Positions 9,940 to 20,850 of a stretch of 64,000 nt of DNA are shown here, in pieces (positions within the stretch are counted from its first letter, which is position 1; the number at the start of each line of letters is the position of its first letter). Source of the DNA: Candidatus Marinacidobacterales bacterium. Its GTDB lineage: Bacteria > Acidobacteriota > Vicinamibacteria > Marinacidobacterales > DATDRI01. A program made the position numbers and the translations under genes. The DNA lies in assembly GCA_965226495.1 (NCBI GenBank), contig OZ245365.1, forward strand, positions 1,088,001 to 1,152,000. Direction: 5' to 3'. The notes beneath the pieces are model-generated. The model had not been told where the DNA came from. It saw only the letters and a list, made by a program, of their open reading frames with translations, and ran no database searches.

Positions 9940-12900
9940 ATGAGCCAAAGCGAAACCGAAACCGTTCTAGACCCAATCGAAGAACAGAAGAAGGAGCTCG
10001 AGTGGAAAAGCGCCATCTGCGGAATCTGTCCCGCCGGTTGTTGGGTGGAAGTGGGGCTAGACGGCGAGCAGTTGGTGAACATCAAGCAGGACACCTCTCA
10101 TCCCCTCGGCATGATTTGCCGCCGTGGTCAGCACTCTCCCGAGATCATCTACTCCGAAAATCGCCTCAAATACCCGATGCGGCGGGTGGGCCCAAAAGGC
10201 AGCCATGAGTTTGAGCGCATCACCTGGGACGAAGCCTACGACCTCATCACCAAGAACCTAACCAAAATCAAAGAAGAATCAGGGCCAGAAGCGGTCGCGA
10301 TTTACACCGGTCGCGGCACCTTCGAGTTGTCCCTCTGCGACATGTTCCAGCCTAAAGGGGTTGGAGTGTCCTCCGCCTCGAACGTGCTGTTCCCATTCGG
10401 TTCGCCGAACACAATGGGAGTCGGGGCTCTCTGCTACGTGTCCTTCGCCGTCATCGCTCCCCACGTGACCATGGGACGGATGCTCGTCAACATGTTCACC
10501 GACATGGAAAATGCCGAGATGTTGATAGTGTGGGGGGCAAACCCGGCTACCGATTCTCCTCCCCTCGACATGCACCGACTGGAAGCTGCGGCGAAACGCG
10601 GGGCTGAGATCGTGGTCATCGATCCGCGTAATACCGAGAACCGCAACACGGACCAACGCCAAATGGGTTCCGATCCGACCTGGTACCGACGGCGCTCTCG
10701 CTCTTAGCATGATCGAGGTCATGATCGACGAGGAGCTTTACGACGAGGATTTTGCAGAGAACTGGTGTCATGGGTTCGACGAGCTGAAGACCTACGTACA
10801 GCACTTCCGTCCCGAGGTCGCAGAGTCCATTACCGGTGTTCCGGCGGAGACGATCCGGGAACTGGCGCGACGACTTTGTTACGCGACCGGGGCCTGCCCG
10901 GTGATGTACACCGGACTCGAGTATTCCAACACCGGAATTCAGGCGATTCGTGCCGTGCACACTTTGTTCGCCTTGGCCGGTCAACTGGATGTGCCCGGCG
11001 GCATCGGGCTCGGGATGCTCGACGGCAGTTTCCCCATCAACCGCTCTGCGAATCAAGAAAACCCGGACACCGACCTGGCGGTGGCGCGGGATAAGTTCCC
11101 CCTCTACACGCACTATCGCGAGGAGTCCCACGCTAGCGGGCTTCTGGATTCCGTTTTGAAGGGAGAGCCTTATCGTATTCGAGGCCTGCTGATTCACGGC
11201 GCATCGCTTTTGACTTCTTGGCCGGCGACGCCTACCTGGCGCGAGACTCTTTCCAAGTTGGATTTTGTCGTTTGCATCGACCGCCAGCTCACCGCCGATT
11301 CCGCCTATGCCGACGTCGTTCTGCCTGCGACCACGATGTTCGAGATCGACTCCTACCTCACCTACGGTCCCATCTTCAGGCTGAGGGAAAAAGTAATCGA
11401 GCCGGTCGGGGAGTCCCGAAACGACTATCTGATTATGGCGGAGCTTGCCAAGCGACTTGGCTACGGACATCTTTACCCTCAGACCGAAGAAGAGATGATC
11501 CGCCTTGCCCTAGACGGTTCTGGCTACACGCTCGAGGACGTCAAGGCTCAGGGTGGTTGGGTTAAGATTCCCACTTCGATGATGGAGTACAGGAAATGGG
11601 AGAAAGGGGCTCTACGACCGGACGGGAAGCCGGGCTTCGATACCCCAACCGGTAAGTTCGAGATCTGGTCCACTGTTCTCGAGGACTACGGGTACGAGCC
11701 GCTACCGAAGTACGTTGAGCCCAAAGAAGGACCCATTGCCAGTCCCGACGTGGCGGCGAGTTTCCCCCTCGTTTTCAACTCCGGCGCACGACCCCATACC
11801 GATTTCCGCTCCCAGCATCACGGCGTCGAGGGACTCGCCAAGGACAATCCCGAGCCCACCGTAGAGATCAACCTCGAGGATGCGGAGGAGAGGGGCATCA
11901 AGACCGGCGACCTCGTGGAAGTGCGCTCGCCGAGAGGCGCGGTTCCTTTCCGCGCTCGGGTCACCAAAGACATCGTCAAGGGTGCCGTCGAATGCAATAT
12001 GGGCGGCGGCGGACCCGTAGGACCGAAGGCATGGCAGGAGTGGAACGTCAACGAGCTGACGGACATTGCAAACTACGACGAGATTTCCGGGTTTCCGGTC
12101 TATAAGGCGCTTCTTTGTGACGTGGTTCGGACCGAAGAGGGTACCGAGGCCACGCGACGCACTGCGGTGCGGTCGGGGAGCGTTTGCGAGCCGCTACTGT
12201 TTTCGCCCCACGAAAGGAAAGGGCCGGAGAGGAGAATCTATCTCGACAACAACGCGACCACACGGGTCGCCGATGAAGTGCGCGAAGCCATGCTTCCCTT
12301 CTTGGAAGCCGTCCATGGCAACCCTTCGAGTATCCATGGGGTGGGTCGCGATGCACGGGAGGCCGTCGATAATGCACGTCGGCAAGTGGCCAAGCTCATC
12401 AACACGCGGCCGCGGCGGATCATATTCACGGGCGGGGGATCGGAAGCGGACAATTTGGCGTTCAAAGGGATTGCCTTCGCGCATCAGGACAAAGGCAAGC
12501 ACATCATCACGACGTCGATCGAGCATCCCGCCATTCTCGGAGCCGGCAGCTTCTTGCAGAAGCTCGGTTACGAAGTAACGTACCTGGACGTGGACGAGGA
12601 CGGTTGCCTATCTCCAGAGAAACTGACGAAGGCCATCCGAGACGACACCATCCTGGTCTCCATCATGATGGCCAACAACGAGGTGGGGACCATTCTCCCG
12701 ATCAAGGAGTTGTGTGCTATCGCGCACGATAGGGGCGTTTTGTTCCACACCGACGCGGTTCAGGCGGTTGGCAAAATCAAGGTCGATGTCGAGGACCTCG
12801 GCGTAGACTTGCTCAGCATGTCGGGCCACAAGTTCCACGGACCCAAGGGGATTGGTGTGCTCTACGTCAAGAGCGGCGTCCGACTCGAGCCGCTCATCCA

Positions 12901-13387
12901 CGGTGGCAAACAGGAGAACGGTATCCGGGCAGGGACCGAGAACGTCCCCGCGATCGTGGGCTTGGGCAAGGCGGCAGAGCTAGCGGCTCAGGCCGTCAAG
13001 GACGGCGAGAAACTCAGGGCTCTCAGAGACAAACTGGAGGCTGGAATCAGGAAGCTCGTGCCGAAAGCCAAATTGAACGGCCCTGCCGAAAACCGGCTTC
13101 CCAACACCCTCAACTTGACCTTGCCGGCGCTGCGCGGTGAATCGCTGGTGGTGGCACTCGACCAACACGGGATCTCGCTGTCATCGGGCTCGGCGTGCAA
13201 ATCGGGCTCACCCAAACCGACTCATGTGCTGATGGCTATGGGGCGAACCGAGGAGGAGGCGCACTGCGCGGTAAGGTTGTCTTTATCTCACGACGTGACG
13301 GAGGAAGATATCGGCGAGACGATATCGGCTTTGGAGCACGTGCTCGAGGAGATGGAAACAACCGTCCGGTTCCTCCCCTGCAAGTAG
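9940..13387 (+). CDS. Fusion of a DMSO-reductase-family (bis-MGD Mo/W) oxidoreductase and a C-terminal IscS/NifS-type cysteine desulfurase; apparent +1 frameshift near 10639
   Basis: N-terminal CGICPAGC...C [4Fe-4S] motif, GSPN...LC, WGANP, VIDPR, ADVVLPATT, TPTGKFE and a C-terminal molydop-binding domain. Then YLDNNATT, GNPSSIH, HTDAVQ, SGHKFHGPKG (PLP Lys) and SSGSAC. Removing one A at ~10639 restores DPRNTETATRTNAKWVPIRPGTDGALAL. Confidence 0.9.
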
Positions 13388-13389
13388 AA

Positions 13390-14283
13390 CTACTGAAACA
13401 AAGCCTTGAAGACGTAGCCGGCGACGGCCGGGTTTTCTCTAAACCGCCTCAGAGAGTAGGGATACCACGCGGGGCCGAACGGAACCGCTACCCGAAGTCG
13501 GTGTCCGGCATCTCGAATGATTTGTCGCAAGGGTGCTCCTACTCCGAGCAACATTTGAAACTCGTACTGTGAAGCATCGAGGCCGAAACGGTCGACGATG
13601 CGGAACCCTTCCCACACTAGCCTCTCGTCGTGAGTGGCAATGCCGACGTAGCAGCCCTCGCCCAACAACTCCTCCAGCAACCGCGTGAAGTTGGAACGCA
13701 CAATCTCCTTGTCTTGGTACGCGACATCGTGAGGCTCGATATAGATGCCCTTACATACACGAACGTTCGCCTTCACTTTAGCGAGCCGGCGCGCATCGGC
13801 CACGCTGCGTCTCATATAGGCTTGAAGGACCGCACCCACGTTGTCGAACTCCTCGCGGAGCCGGAAGAAGATGTCGAGCGTATCGTCGGTGCAGCCCGAG
13901 TCCTCCATGTCGATGCGGACGAAATTCGAGTGCTCACGCGCGAAGACAGCCAGGCGGCGGATAGTTTGGTAGCAGAACTCTTTGTCGATCTTGAGCCCGA
14001 GATGCGTCGGCTTGACGTGGATGTTGCTGTCCAGTTTGTCTTGGCCGATCCGGGTAAGAACGTCCTGGTAGTCCTTGGCCGCCGCTTCGGCTTCTTCGCG
14101 ACGCTCCACGAACTCACCGAGCATGCCGCTGGCCGCCATGAAGCCCTCGCTGTTTAATGAACGCACCACCCGTACCTGGTCCTCGAGCGTCTCACCCGCG
14201 ATATAAGAGCGAGCGAAATGTCCGACCAACGGTTTCGGGACCAGGGGAAGGGAAGATGCGATGAGGCGATCGAAGAGGCTCAT
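13390..14283 (-). CDS. Monofunctional proline dehydrogenase
   Basis: YIAGETLED, VKPTHLGL, RIDMED, VRVCKGIY, IATHD, EFQMLLG, W..YSLRR..E.P. Confidence 0.92.
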   Translation of the reverse strand: MSLFDRLIASSLPLVPKPLVGHFARSYIAGETLEDQVRVVRSLNSEGFMAASGMLGEFVERREEAEAAAKDYQDVLTRIGQDKLDSNIHVKPTHLGLKIDKEFCYQTIRRLAVFAREHSNFVRIDMEDSGCTDDTLDIFFRLREEFDNVGAVLQAYMRRSVADARRLAKVKANVRVCKGIYIEPHDVAYQDKEIVRSNFTRLLEELLGEGCYVGIATHDERLVWEGFRIVDRFGLDASQYEFQMLLGVGAPLRQIIRDAGHRLRVAVPFGPAWYPYSLRRFRENPAVAGYVFKALFQ

Positions 14284-14317
14284 GCGTGCGAATGAGAAGT
14301 TAACATAGGGCAAAAGC

Positions 14318-14352
14318 AAAAAGAAGAGCCCACCGTTTCCGGCGGGCTCTTC
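14318..14352 (-). terminator. Rho-independent terminator (copy 1 of 3)
   Basis: Minus strand GAAGAGCCCGCC-GGAAAC-GGTGGGCTCTTC followed by a T-run. Confidence 0.8.
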
Positions 14353-14394
14353 GGACTAGAGAGAAGGAGATCTCGCCCTCCTGCGTGGCGTAAC

Positions 14395-14489
14395 GGATGA
14401 TGATAGAGCTTGATCCCTCGAGCCAGATTGTCGGCAGAGGCCCCGGAGGCTACAAGAAGAAGCAAGAAGCTTGCGATCCAGCGTTTCAT
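14395..14489 (-). pseudogene. N-terminal stub of a secreted protein
   Basis: GGAGGAG RBS, then MKRWIASFLLLLVASGASA signal peptide plus DNLARGIKLY, after which coding character is lost. Confidence 0.45.
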
Positions 14490-14587
14490 TTGTCTCCTCC
14501 GCCTGTCTTTGCGTCCACCCCGGGTGACATCTAGTTTCCCGAGACAGGTCGTTATCCGTTCGCAACCCTAGGCATTGCAACCCCGGT

Positions 14588-14616
14588 GCCGGAGAGGTAT
14601 GAAATTTCCTATCCTT
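14588..14616 (+). mobile_element. IS91/ISCR-type oriIS-like terminus (orphan copy)
   Basis: GCCGGAGAGGTATGAAATTTCCTATCCTT is near-identical to 18672-18699, which lies downstream of an IS91 transposase remnant. It resembles the GAAxTTCCTAT oriIS consensus. Confidence 0.7.
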
Positions 14617-14633
14617 TATCCTTCGAACCAGCT

Positions 14634-14800
14634 TCACGGCGTTTTGGACGCCTGGGCGGCCGGCCACTCGATCTCGACCTCGTAGTCTTTCAGCAGTTGC
14701 TCGTTGACCATCCGTCGGGTTTCGAGACGTTTTTCATTGGCCCATTCGCGCTCCACCACTGGCCTGATTTCGGACAGTTCCGGCAGTGTGCTCCCGACGC
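14634..14800 (-). pseudogene. C-terminal fragment of a PpiC/rotamase-like peptidyl-prolyl isomerase
   Basis: LPELSEIRPVVEREWANEKR...LLKDYEVEIEWP resembles the C-terminus of the rotamase usually encoded beside DUF3604 genes. Confidence 0.55.
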
Positions 14801-15009
14801 GTGCAGCGTGGCGTGTGCCAACTGTGGATTGCAAGCGACAAGGATGGTGTGGGGACGAAACTTAGCGCGAGTTTTTTGCGGAACCACTGGTCGATATCGA
14901 TTCGCGTTAATACTCCAAAGCCTTAAGTTTGTAACGCTTCAGTGACCTTGCCGATCGCATCATCAGGTGAAGCGCTCACTAGAACTGTAAAGGCCAAATC
15001 TTGACTCAT
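14800..15009 (-). pseudogene. DUF302 family protein, degraded (in-frame TAA, frameshift, truncated)
   Basis: Manual translation: MSQDLAFTVLVSASPDDAIGKVTEALQT*GFGVLTRIDIDQWFRKKL / AKFRPHTILVACNPQLAHATL (GFGVL..ID and ACNP signatures). Confidence 0.75.
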
Positions 15010-15117
15010 CCTTATTCCTCAAATATCAAAGCTGCCGCCATTTTGTCCCGTAACCAGGTCGGCATGATGAAACCGACGGTGACATTAACCGCAAATGCGA
15101 TCAGAAAAAACCATGTA

Positions 15118-15243
15118 ACGCAGTTGCCGAGTACTGACACGCAATTCCTCGCTGACCCGAACAGCAGTCATGCCTTCTTCGCTGGCCCGCTTCACGGCTT
15201 CGCGCTTGAACTCCGCGCTATATCGCTTTCTCCTCGTTCTCAC
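15118..15243 (-). mobile_element. IS3-family transposase OrfA (HTH) fragment
   Basis: Manual translation: RTRRKRYSAEFKREAVKRASEEGMTAVRVSEELRVSTRQLR. Confidence 0.7.
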
Positions 15244-15320
15244 TACGCACCGCCCAGCGCATTATCGCACCACTAGAGGAGCGGTCATTCCAATTGCAGT
15301 AGAGAATCGACCGGTATTAA

Positions 15321-17285
15321 CTATGGCGTATACCAGATCGGCGAGGTATAGGCGCGCTCCTGGAGTGTCATCGATCGGCGAGGTATAGGCGCGCTCCTGG
15401 AGTGTCATCGGTCTTTCGGCATCGTCACGCCAAAACGCTTGGAGTCGTACGCCGTCCAGCGTGGCGTTGGAATCTCAAGCACGCGCACATAATAGAAGGC
15501 GCGCTGTTTCGGGTCGAAGTCCGGGTCCTTCCAGTAGGCCATCATCAGCGGGTCGCCTATCGAGTTGCGATACGTCGCGTTCGGGACGTCAACCGTCGAG
15601 CCAACAGGGGTCTTGCAGCGCCCGTCGGTACCGATCTTGCGGCCGTCAGACACGGCCGTGTCGTAGACGCGCTCGTGCACTTCGCCTTCGCTGTCGAGCC
15701 AACCCTTAATGATCTGCACCCGGTCGAGGTTCGCGCCGTCAACATCGCGCAGCGTCCGTACCATTAACGTTGGCGCTTTACCGGCAGGAGCTTCTCTCAG
15801 GTCGCCCCCCATGGGCACGCCACGCCTGTAGCCCTGCGCCGCGAAGTCGGGCCGTTCGACTTCCTCCGGCTGGAAGTCCCAGCCGGCAAAGACCCGCACT
15901 GTGATGCGCGTGCCAGTCGTGCCATAGACTTCTTTGCGCGCCATCGCGTCAAAGAGCGACTCCCGTGTGTTCTCGCGGGACCAGATACCGAGCAGGCCCC
16001 CAGCCTGGACATTCCAGGTGGACGCGACAACCTCGCCGTCCTGGCCGCGCATGAAGACGTGTTTCCAGCGAATCGGGCTCGGCTCGTCGGACGCCCATTT
16101 GCCGAAAAAGTTGTCTTCCTCGACGGTTGACATCGAAGTGTGCGTGTCGGTCGAGCCGATCATGCCGAACTTGAACGGGTTGGCGCCGAGTTTCTGCGTC
16201 CACTGCAGCCCGAGCTTCAGGGCCGAGCGCGCATATTCGGTCCGCAGCATCTCATTTTCCTTCGGGTCGCTCGGCGAGTTGAAGTTGCCGAAATCCCAAG
16301 TCTCGAAGTCAGCGAACTCGTCGTCGGTAGACAGGAACGGATGAGTCTCACCGTCGCCCTTGCTTTGTGTGATTTCGAGCAACGGCTCGCGCCGCGCCCG
16401 CTCTTCGGCGTAAGCGCGGGTAAAGGCTTTGCCCGTATACGTCTCTCCCTGGAACATGCGCCCATTACTCATGTTCCCGTTGTGCGGGATCGCGAGCACC
16501 TGCCCGTCCGTCTTCTGCTCGTAGGCAGCCATGTATTTCCACAGGTCTTCGGGATCGGCACTGTCGATGGCGGAAAACGGCAGGACCTGGTTCACTCGGC
16601 CCGGGCCGTCACGGAAGATCACGACGCGGTGGAGGTTATTGGCACCGGGAAAGCTGGTCCACTCAAAGCCGTTGAAAGCGGTGAACTTCCCGGGCTCGTT
16701 GTAATTGGTGGCGATGGCCGTTACTCGTTCCCAGATGGAGCGCCTCGTCTTTGGGCCCAATTCCTTTCCCGTGCCCGGATAGATGACCGCTTTGGCAACG
16801 TCGAACGCTGCCATGAGAGCTTTCTCGCCCCCGGCCTGGACCGCTTCATACCACCGCTTACCCTCAGGCGTGGCCAGCATGGCGGGATCAGCTCCTAAGA
16901 TCAGGTCCGCTAGGCCCATCATCTCCGCGTGGTCAGACACGACCAGGAAATCGAACGGCCGATTGAGCCTCACGCGCAAGCCGGTGTTCGACAGTACCTC
17001 CTCACCTCGCGCGAAGCGGTAAGAGTCTTCCGGCCCAAGCCTAGTGCCCATGAATCCATCGTCGTAGGACAAGTTGGAGTGGTGGTGCGTATCGCCCCAG
17101 AACACACGATTGGGAAAATGCTGATCCACGTAGGGCGAGTACTCGACTTTCTTGGCAGGAGCGTCCTCCGCGCGGGGCAGTGTCTCCTGCGCCCGCGCAG
17201 GCGGCGCCAGAGTGAGCCCGACGGCAAAACAAATTGCCACTAGAGCCGTCAGGGCTGAACTTCTGAGTTTTGAGGTTCTGATCAT
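15321..17285 (-). CDS. DUF3604 domain (PHP-like) secreted protein, paralog A; C-terminal tail disrupted
   Basis: WGDTHHH, DFLVVSDHAE, FEWTS, NNLHRVVIFRD, IPHNGN.SNG, GSTDTH, YYVRVLEIPTPRW. The conserved tail QERAYTSPIWYTP* ends at 15321, but the ORF stops early at 15405. Confidence 0.88.
15336..15409. repeat. Perfect 37-bp tandem duplication in the DUF3604 3' end
   Basis: GATCGGCGAGGTATAGGCGCGCTCCTGGAGTGTCATC at 15336-15372 and 15373-15409. Confidence 0.95.
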
Positions 17286-17670
17286 TTTTAATTCCTCTCG
17301 ATGGCCCAGTTGTGGTTTGTCATCTCCAGATAAAGCATCCCCCCGAAATCGAGGCTCTTAAAGTTGTCGCCGGGACCAACGTCAACACTGGCTGAAACGG
17401 CTCGCACGGTCACATACCGTTCATGTGGGGGAACAACAGATAAGGAGCCACCGTAACCCCAACCGTCTTCAGAGATCGATGAAGTCTGCGCAATGGCAGG
17501 CTACCAATCAAAAACAGAGTCATCAAGGTGACGAGCGGTGTTGAATTTCGGATAGTGTTTCACAAGACTCTCGAGAAAATCATGTGGAGATCTAGTACTT
17601 TAACGTATTTTATAAATCTGTGCTTAGTCCTTCAAGTGGAAGAAGCCGAAAAATGGTGGCAAGGTAACAA

Positions 17671-18699
17671 AGAGGTATCTGCCCGTCCTGCGACGCCAAA
17701 CGAGCCGCCGCCTTCCTCAAAGACGAGCTGCTGGAAAACGTTGGCCATAGTCTCTGGACATTTACCCTTCCAAGGATGCTCGGACCCTATTTCATGCGCC
17801 AGCGAGAGCTTCTAGGTGATCTGGCCCGCCTTGCTTATGAGACCATCAAGGAGTTGATGGCCGAAGCTGCCGGTACCTACTTCGCTGCCCTCTCAGCCTG
17901 TCTCGCATTCACTGGACACCGGGCTCTAAGACCCTCTTCTATGAAGCGAAAGGCTCCCATGACGACCCCCTCGCTTCTCATCCGCAAGGCGAGACGCTCG
18001 ATGTCTTCGAGTTCCTGGCCCGAGTCCTCACCCAAATCCCCAAGCCTCGGCAACACGGCGTCCACTACATGGGCGCCTACTCCTCGAGAGCGCGCGCCTT
18101 TCGAAAAAGGAAAAACCTCCCCCTGCAATCGCTCCCCAGCCAACAGGACCCCAAAGCCAAGCCTGAGCCGAAACGGTCCCCAAAAAAGCGCGCCGCGCTC
18201 AGGAAAAGATGGGCACAGCTCATCAAGGCTCATCAGGCTCATCAAGCTCATCAGGCGCGTTCATTAGACTGTGACCCTCTCCGGTGCGACTGCGGAGGCA
18301 CCTATCGCGTCAGCGCCTTCATCACCGAGCAGAAGGTGATTTTGCCGAGAGTAGCCCTTCGAAGCAGCCCGGCAACATCTGATTCCCTCGAAGGAGCCCG
18401 AATGCGGACGATTCGGAAAATCTTGGCTCATCTCGAAGAAAGAAAAAGCGACTCGCGTTTGCCACCCGAGCCCTAGCCACTGGCTTCACACCACGCCACT
18501 TGTCCGATACCCCGACGCCAGACGGCCGGAGTGTTTCTTCAAGACCCAACTCCCCCGGCGCGAGACACTTCTCAACCGCCTTGCATCGTTTGCTCGCGTT
18601 CTGCTACCCTCACCAGGACTCACTCGGACTGCACAGCCCTATCCTGGTGGGGAAATTTCGTGCGGACCGGGGCCGGAGAGGTATGAAATTCCTATCCTT
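17671..18699 (+). mobile_element. IS91/ISCR-family (rolling-circle, Y2) element remnant with internally deleted transposase and oriIS-like end
   Basis: RGICPSCDAKRA..(zinc-binding)..WTFTLP.ML is joined at ~17870 to YLLRCPLSLSRI...EFLARVLTQIP.P..H.VHY.GAYS...DPLRC.CGG...FITE..VI..IRKILAHL. oriIS-like motif at 18672-18699. Confidence 0.85.
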
Positions 18700-18880
18700 C
18701 CCAACGAACACGCGCATCTTTGGACCGACGTACCCGGTTCTTTTTGTCCTGGCAGGGGTTTGCTGGTACTGGCATCCACGGAGGGTGATTGCACGCCCAA
18801 CGGACATGTAGGTTTTTTATTTGCGTGATCGCAACACCGGCAAAGACAACAAATCTATAAAAAGAATGTGGAGAAGAATG

Positions 18881-20779
18881 ATGAAAGCTCTATCAACCGC
18901 CGCCATCACATGGCTCGTATTAATAGCGCCCAATTATGTCCTTGCTCAGGATTACACGCCCCAGCAAGACCAGGTGCCGGAAAAAAAGCACGAATATTCA
19001 CCGTACGTCGAACAGCATTTCCCAATGCGAGTGTACTTTGGCGATACACATCACCATTCATCCTATTCCTTCGATTCCGGCATGTTCGGAAACACACTTG
19101 GGCCGGAGGAATCGTTCCGTTTCGCCCGGGGTGACGTAGTCGTTGCGACCAATGGAATGAAAGCCAAACTCATTCGACCGCTGGATTTTCTGGCGGTCAC
19201 CGATCATGCTTCATACCTTGGATTTACTGAGTTAATGGCCAATTCCGATCCCCGTTTGATGGCCACCAAGGGCGGCCGAGAGATGGTCGAGGGTTACCAG
19301 GCCGGCGGTGAAGAAGCCTGGTTGTTAGTGGTAAGCATGATGAAGGATTTCGACATCGGTAAGCCCCGTCTCGAAGACCCCGACCTCAGCCGGAGCGTTT
19401 GGGAGCGTGTGGTGGATATTGCCTCCGAATACAATGAACCCGGATTTTTTACCGCTTTCAATGGCTACGAGTGGACATCTGCGCCTACCGGAAACAACTT
19501 GCACCGCAACGTGATCTTTCGTGACGGCCCGATTCGTGTGAAGCAAATCGTACCGTTCTCGGCATTTGATAGCCCCGACCCTGAACCCCTTTGGGAGTTT
19601 ATGGCCGCTTACGAAGCGAAGACGGGAGGACAAGTACTGGCAATTCCCCACAACCCGAATATCAGCAACGGTATAACGTTTGCAGAGACCATGAGCAATG
19701 GAAAACGACTTACCCGGGAATACGCTGAGAAGCGCGCCTTGTGGGAACCGCTGCTGGAAGTCACCCAAGCAAAAGGGGACAGCGAAGCCCATCCTTTCTT
19801 ATCTACCGAGGACGAGTTTGCAGATTTTGAAACATGGGATTTCGGCAATGCCGGATCGCCAATGAAGCCGAAAGAGAACGATATGCTGCAATATGAATAC
19901 GCTCGCTCGGCTCTGCAATGGGGTATGAAACATAAATTGAAATTGGGCGTAAATCCCTTCAAATTCGGCATGGTCGGCGGCACTGACACCCACACTAGCC
20001 TGTCAACAACCAGAGAAGAGAATGTTTTCGGAAAACTGCCAGCCTTGCTGCCAGGTCCAGACCGAACCGGAGAAGCCATGGTGATGAAAGCGGACGGTAC
20101 ACCCGCGGTGGAGTCATGGGAGACAAGTGCGTCCGGCCTTACCGGCGTCTGGGCGCAGGAAAACACTCGCGAGTCCTTGTGGGATGCCATGGCTCGTAAG
20201 GAAGTTTACGCCACCACCGGTACCCGCATCACTGTCCGCGTTTTTGCCGGATGGGATTTCGAAGCAGATGAAGTAGAACGCCCGGATTTTGCCAAGCAGG
20301 GCTACAGTCGCGGGGTACCCATGGGTGGCGACCTTACTGCAGCGCCAGCCGGTAAGACGCCGACCTTCATGGTACGGGCTCTGCGCGACGTCGACGGGGC
20401 CAACCTCGACCGCCTCCAGGTCATCAAGGGCTGGATCGATGCCAATGGCCTACCGCGAGAGAAAATATATGATATCGCGGTTTCAGACGGACGGACCATC
20501 GGTCCCAATGGCCGCTGTAAAACGCCGGTCGGAAGTACTGTGAATGTTGCCAACGCAGACTATACGAACTCGATCGGCGATGCTTTGCTGATGGGCCACT
20601 GGAAAGATCCGGAATTCGATGCAGATTTGCACGCCTTTTACTACGTTCGCGTAATCGAAATCCCAACGCCGCGCTGGACGGCTTATGATGCCGAGCGCTT
20701 TGGCATCACGATGCCGGATAAGGTAACGATGACAGTTCAGGATCGGGCCTATACGTCGCCGATCTGGTATACGCCATAG
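18881..20779 (+). CDS. DUF3604 domain (PHP-like) secreted protein, paralog B
   Basis: Signal peptide, FGDTHHH, DFLAVTDHA, YEWTS, NNLHRNVIFRD, GGTDTH, ending QDRAYTSPIWYTP. Intact ORF. Confidence 0.9.
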   Translation: MKALSTAAITWLVLIAPNYVLAQDYTPQQDQVPEKKHEYSPYVEQHFPMRVYFGDTHHHSSYSFDSGMFGNTLGPEESFRFARGDVVVATNGMKAKLIRPLDFLAVTDHASYLGFTELMANSDPRLMATKGGREMVEGYQAGGEEAWLLVVSMMKDFDIGKPRLEDPDLSRSVWERVVDIASEYNEPGFFTAFNGYEWTSAPTGNNLHRNVIFRDGPIRVKQIVPFSAFDSPDPEPLWEFMAAYEAKTGGQVLAIPHNPNISNGITFAETMSNGKRLTREYAEKRALWEPLLEVTQAKGDSEAHPFLSTEDEFADFETWDFGNAGSPMKPKENDMLQYEYARSALQWGMKHKLKLGVNPFKFGMVGGTDTHTSLSTTREENVFGKLPALLPGPDRTGEAMVMKADGTPAVESWETSASGLTGVWAQENTRESLWDAMARKEVYATTGTRITVRVFAGWDFEADEVERPDFAKQGYSRGVPMGGDLTAAPAGKTPTFMVRALRDVDGANLDRLQVIKGWIDANGLPREKIYDIAVSDGRTIGPNGRCKTPVGSTVNVANADYTNSIGDALLMGHWKDPEFDADLHAFYYVRVIEIPTPRWTAYDAERFGITMPDKVTMTVQDRAYTSPIWYTP

Positions 20780-20850
20780 ATAACCCCGCTAACGCCTACC
20801 CAAGCGAGAATTGAGAATCCCGTTCTCTAGCAGCGTTATTCTCAGCCAGC

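Noticed and set aside
10630-10710. Programmed frameshift, or two separate genes, in the Mo-enzyme
   Set aside because: No slippery heptamer, and the break falls inside a conserved domain. A single-base insertion explains it, as with other 1-bp errors in the window.
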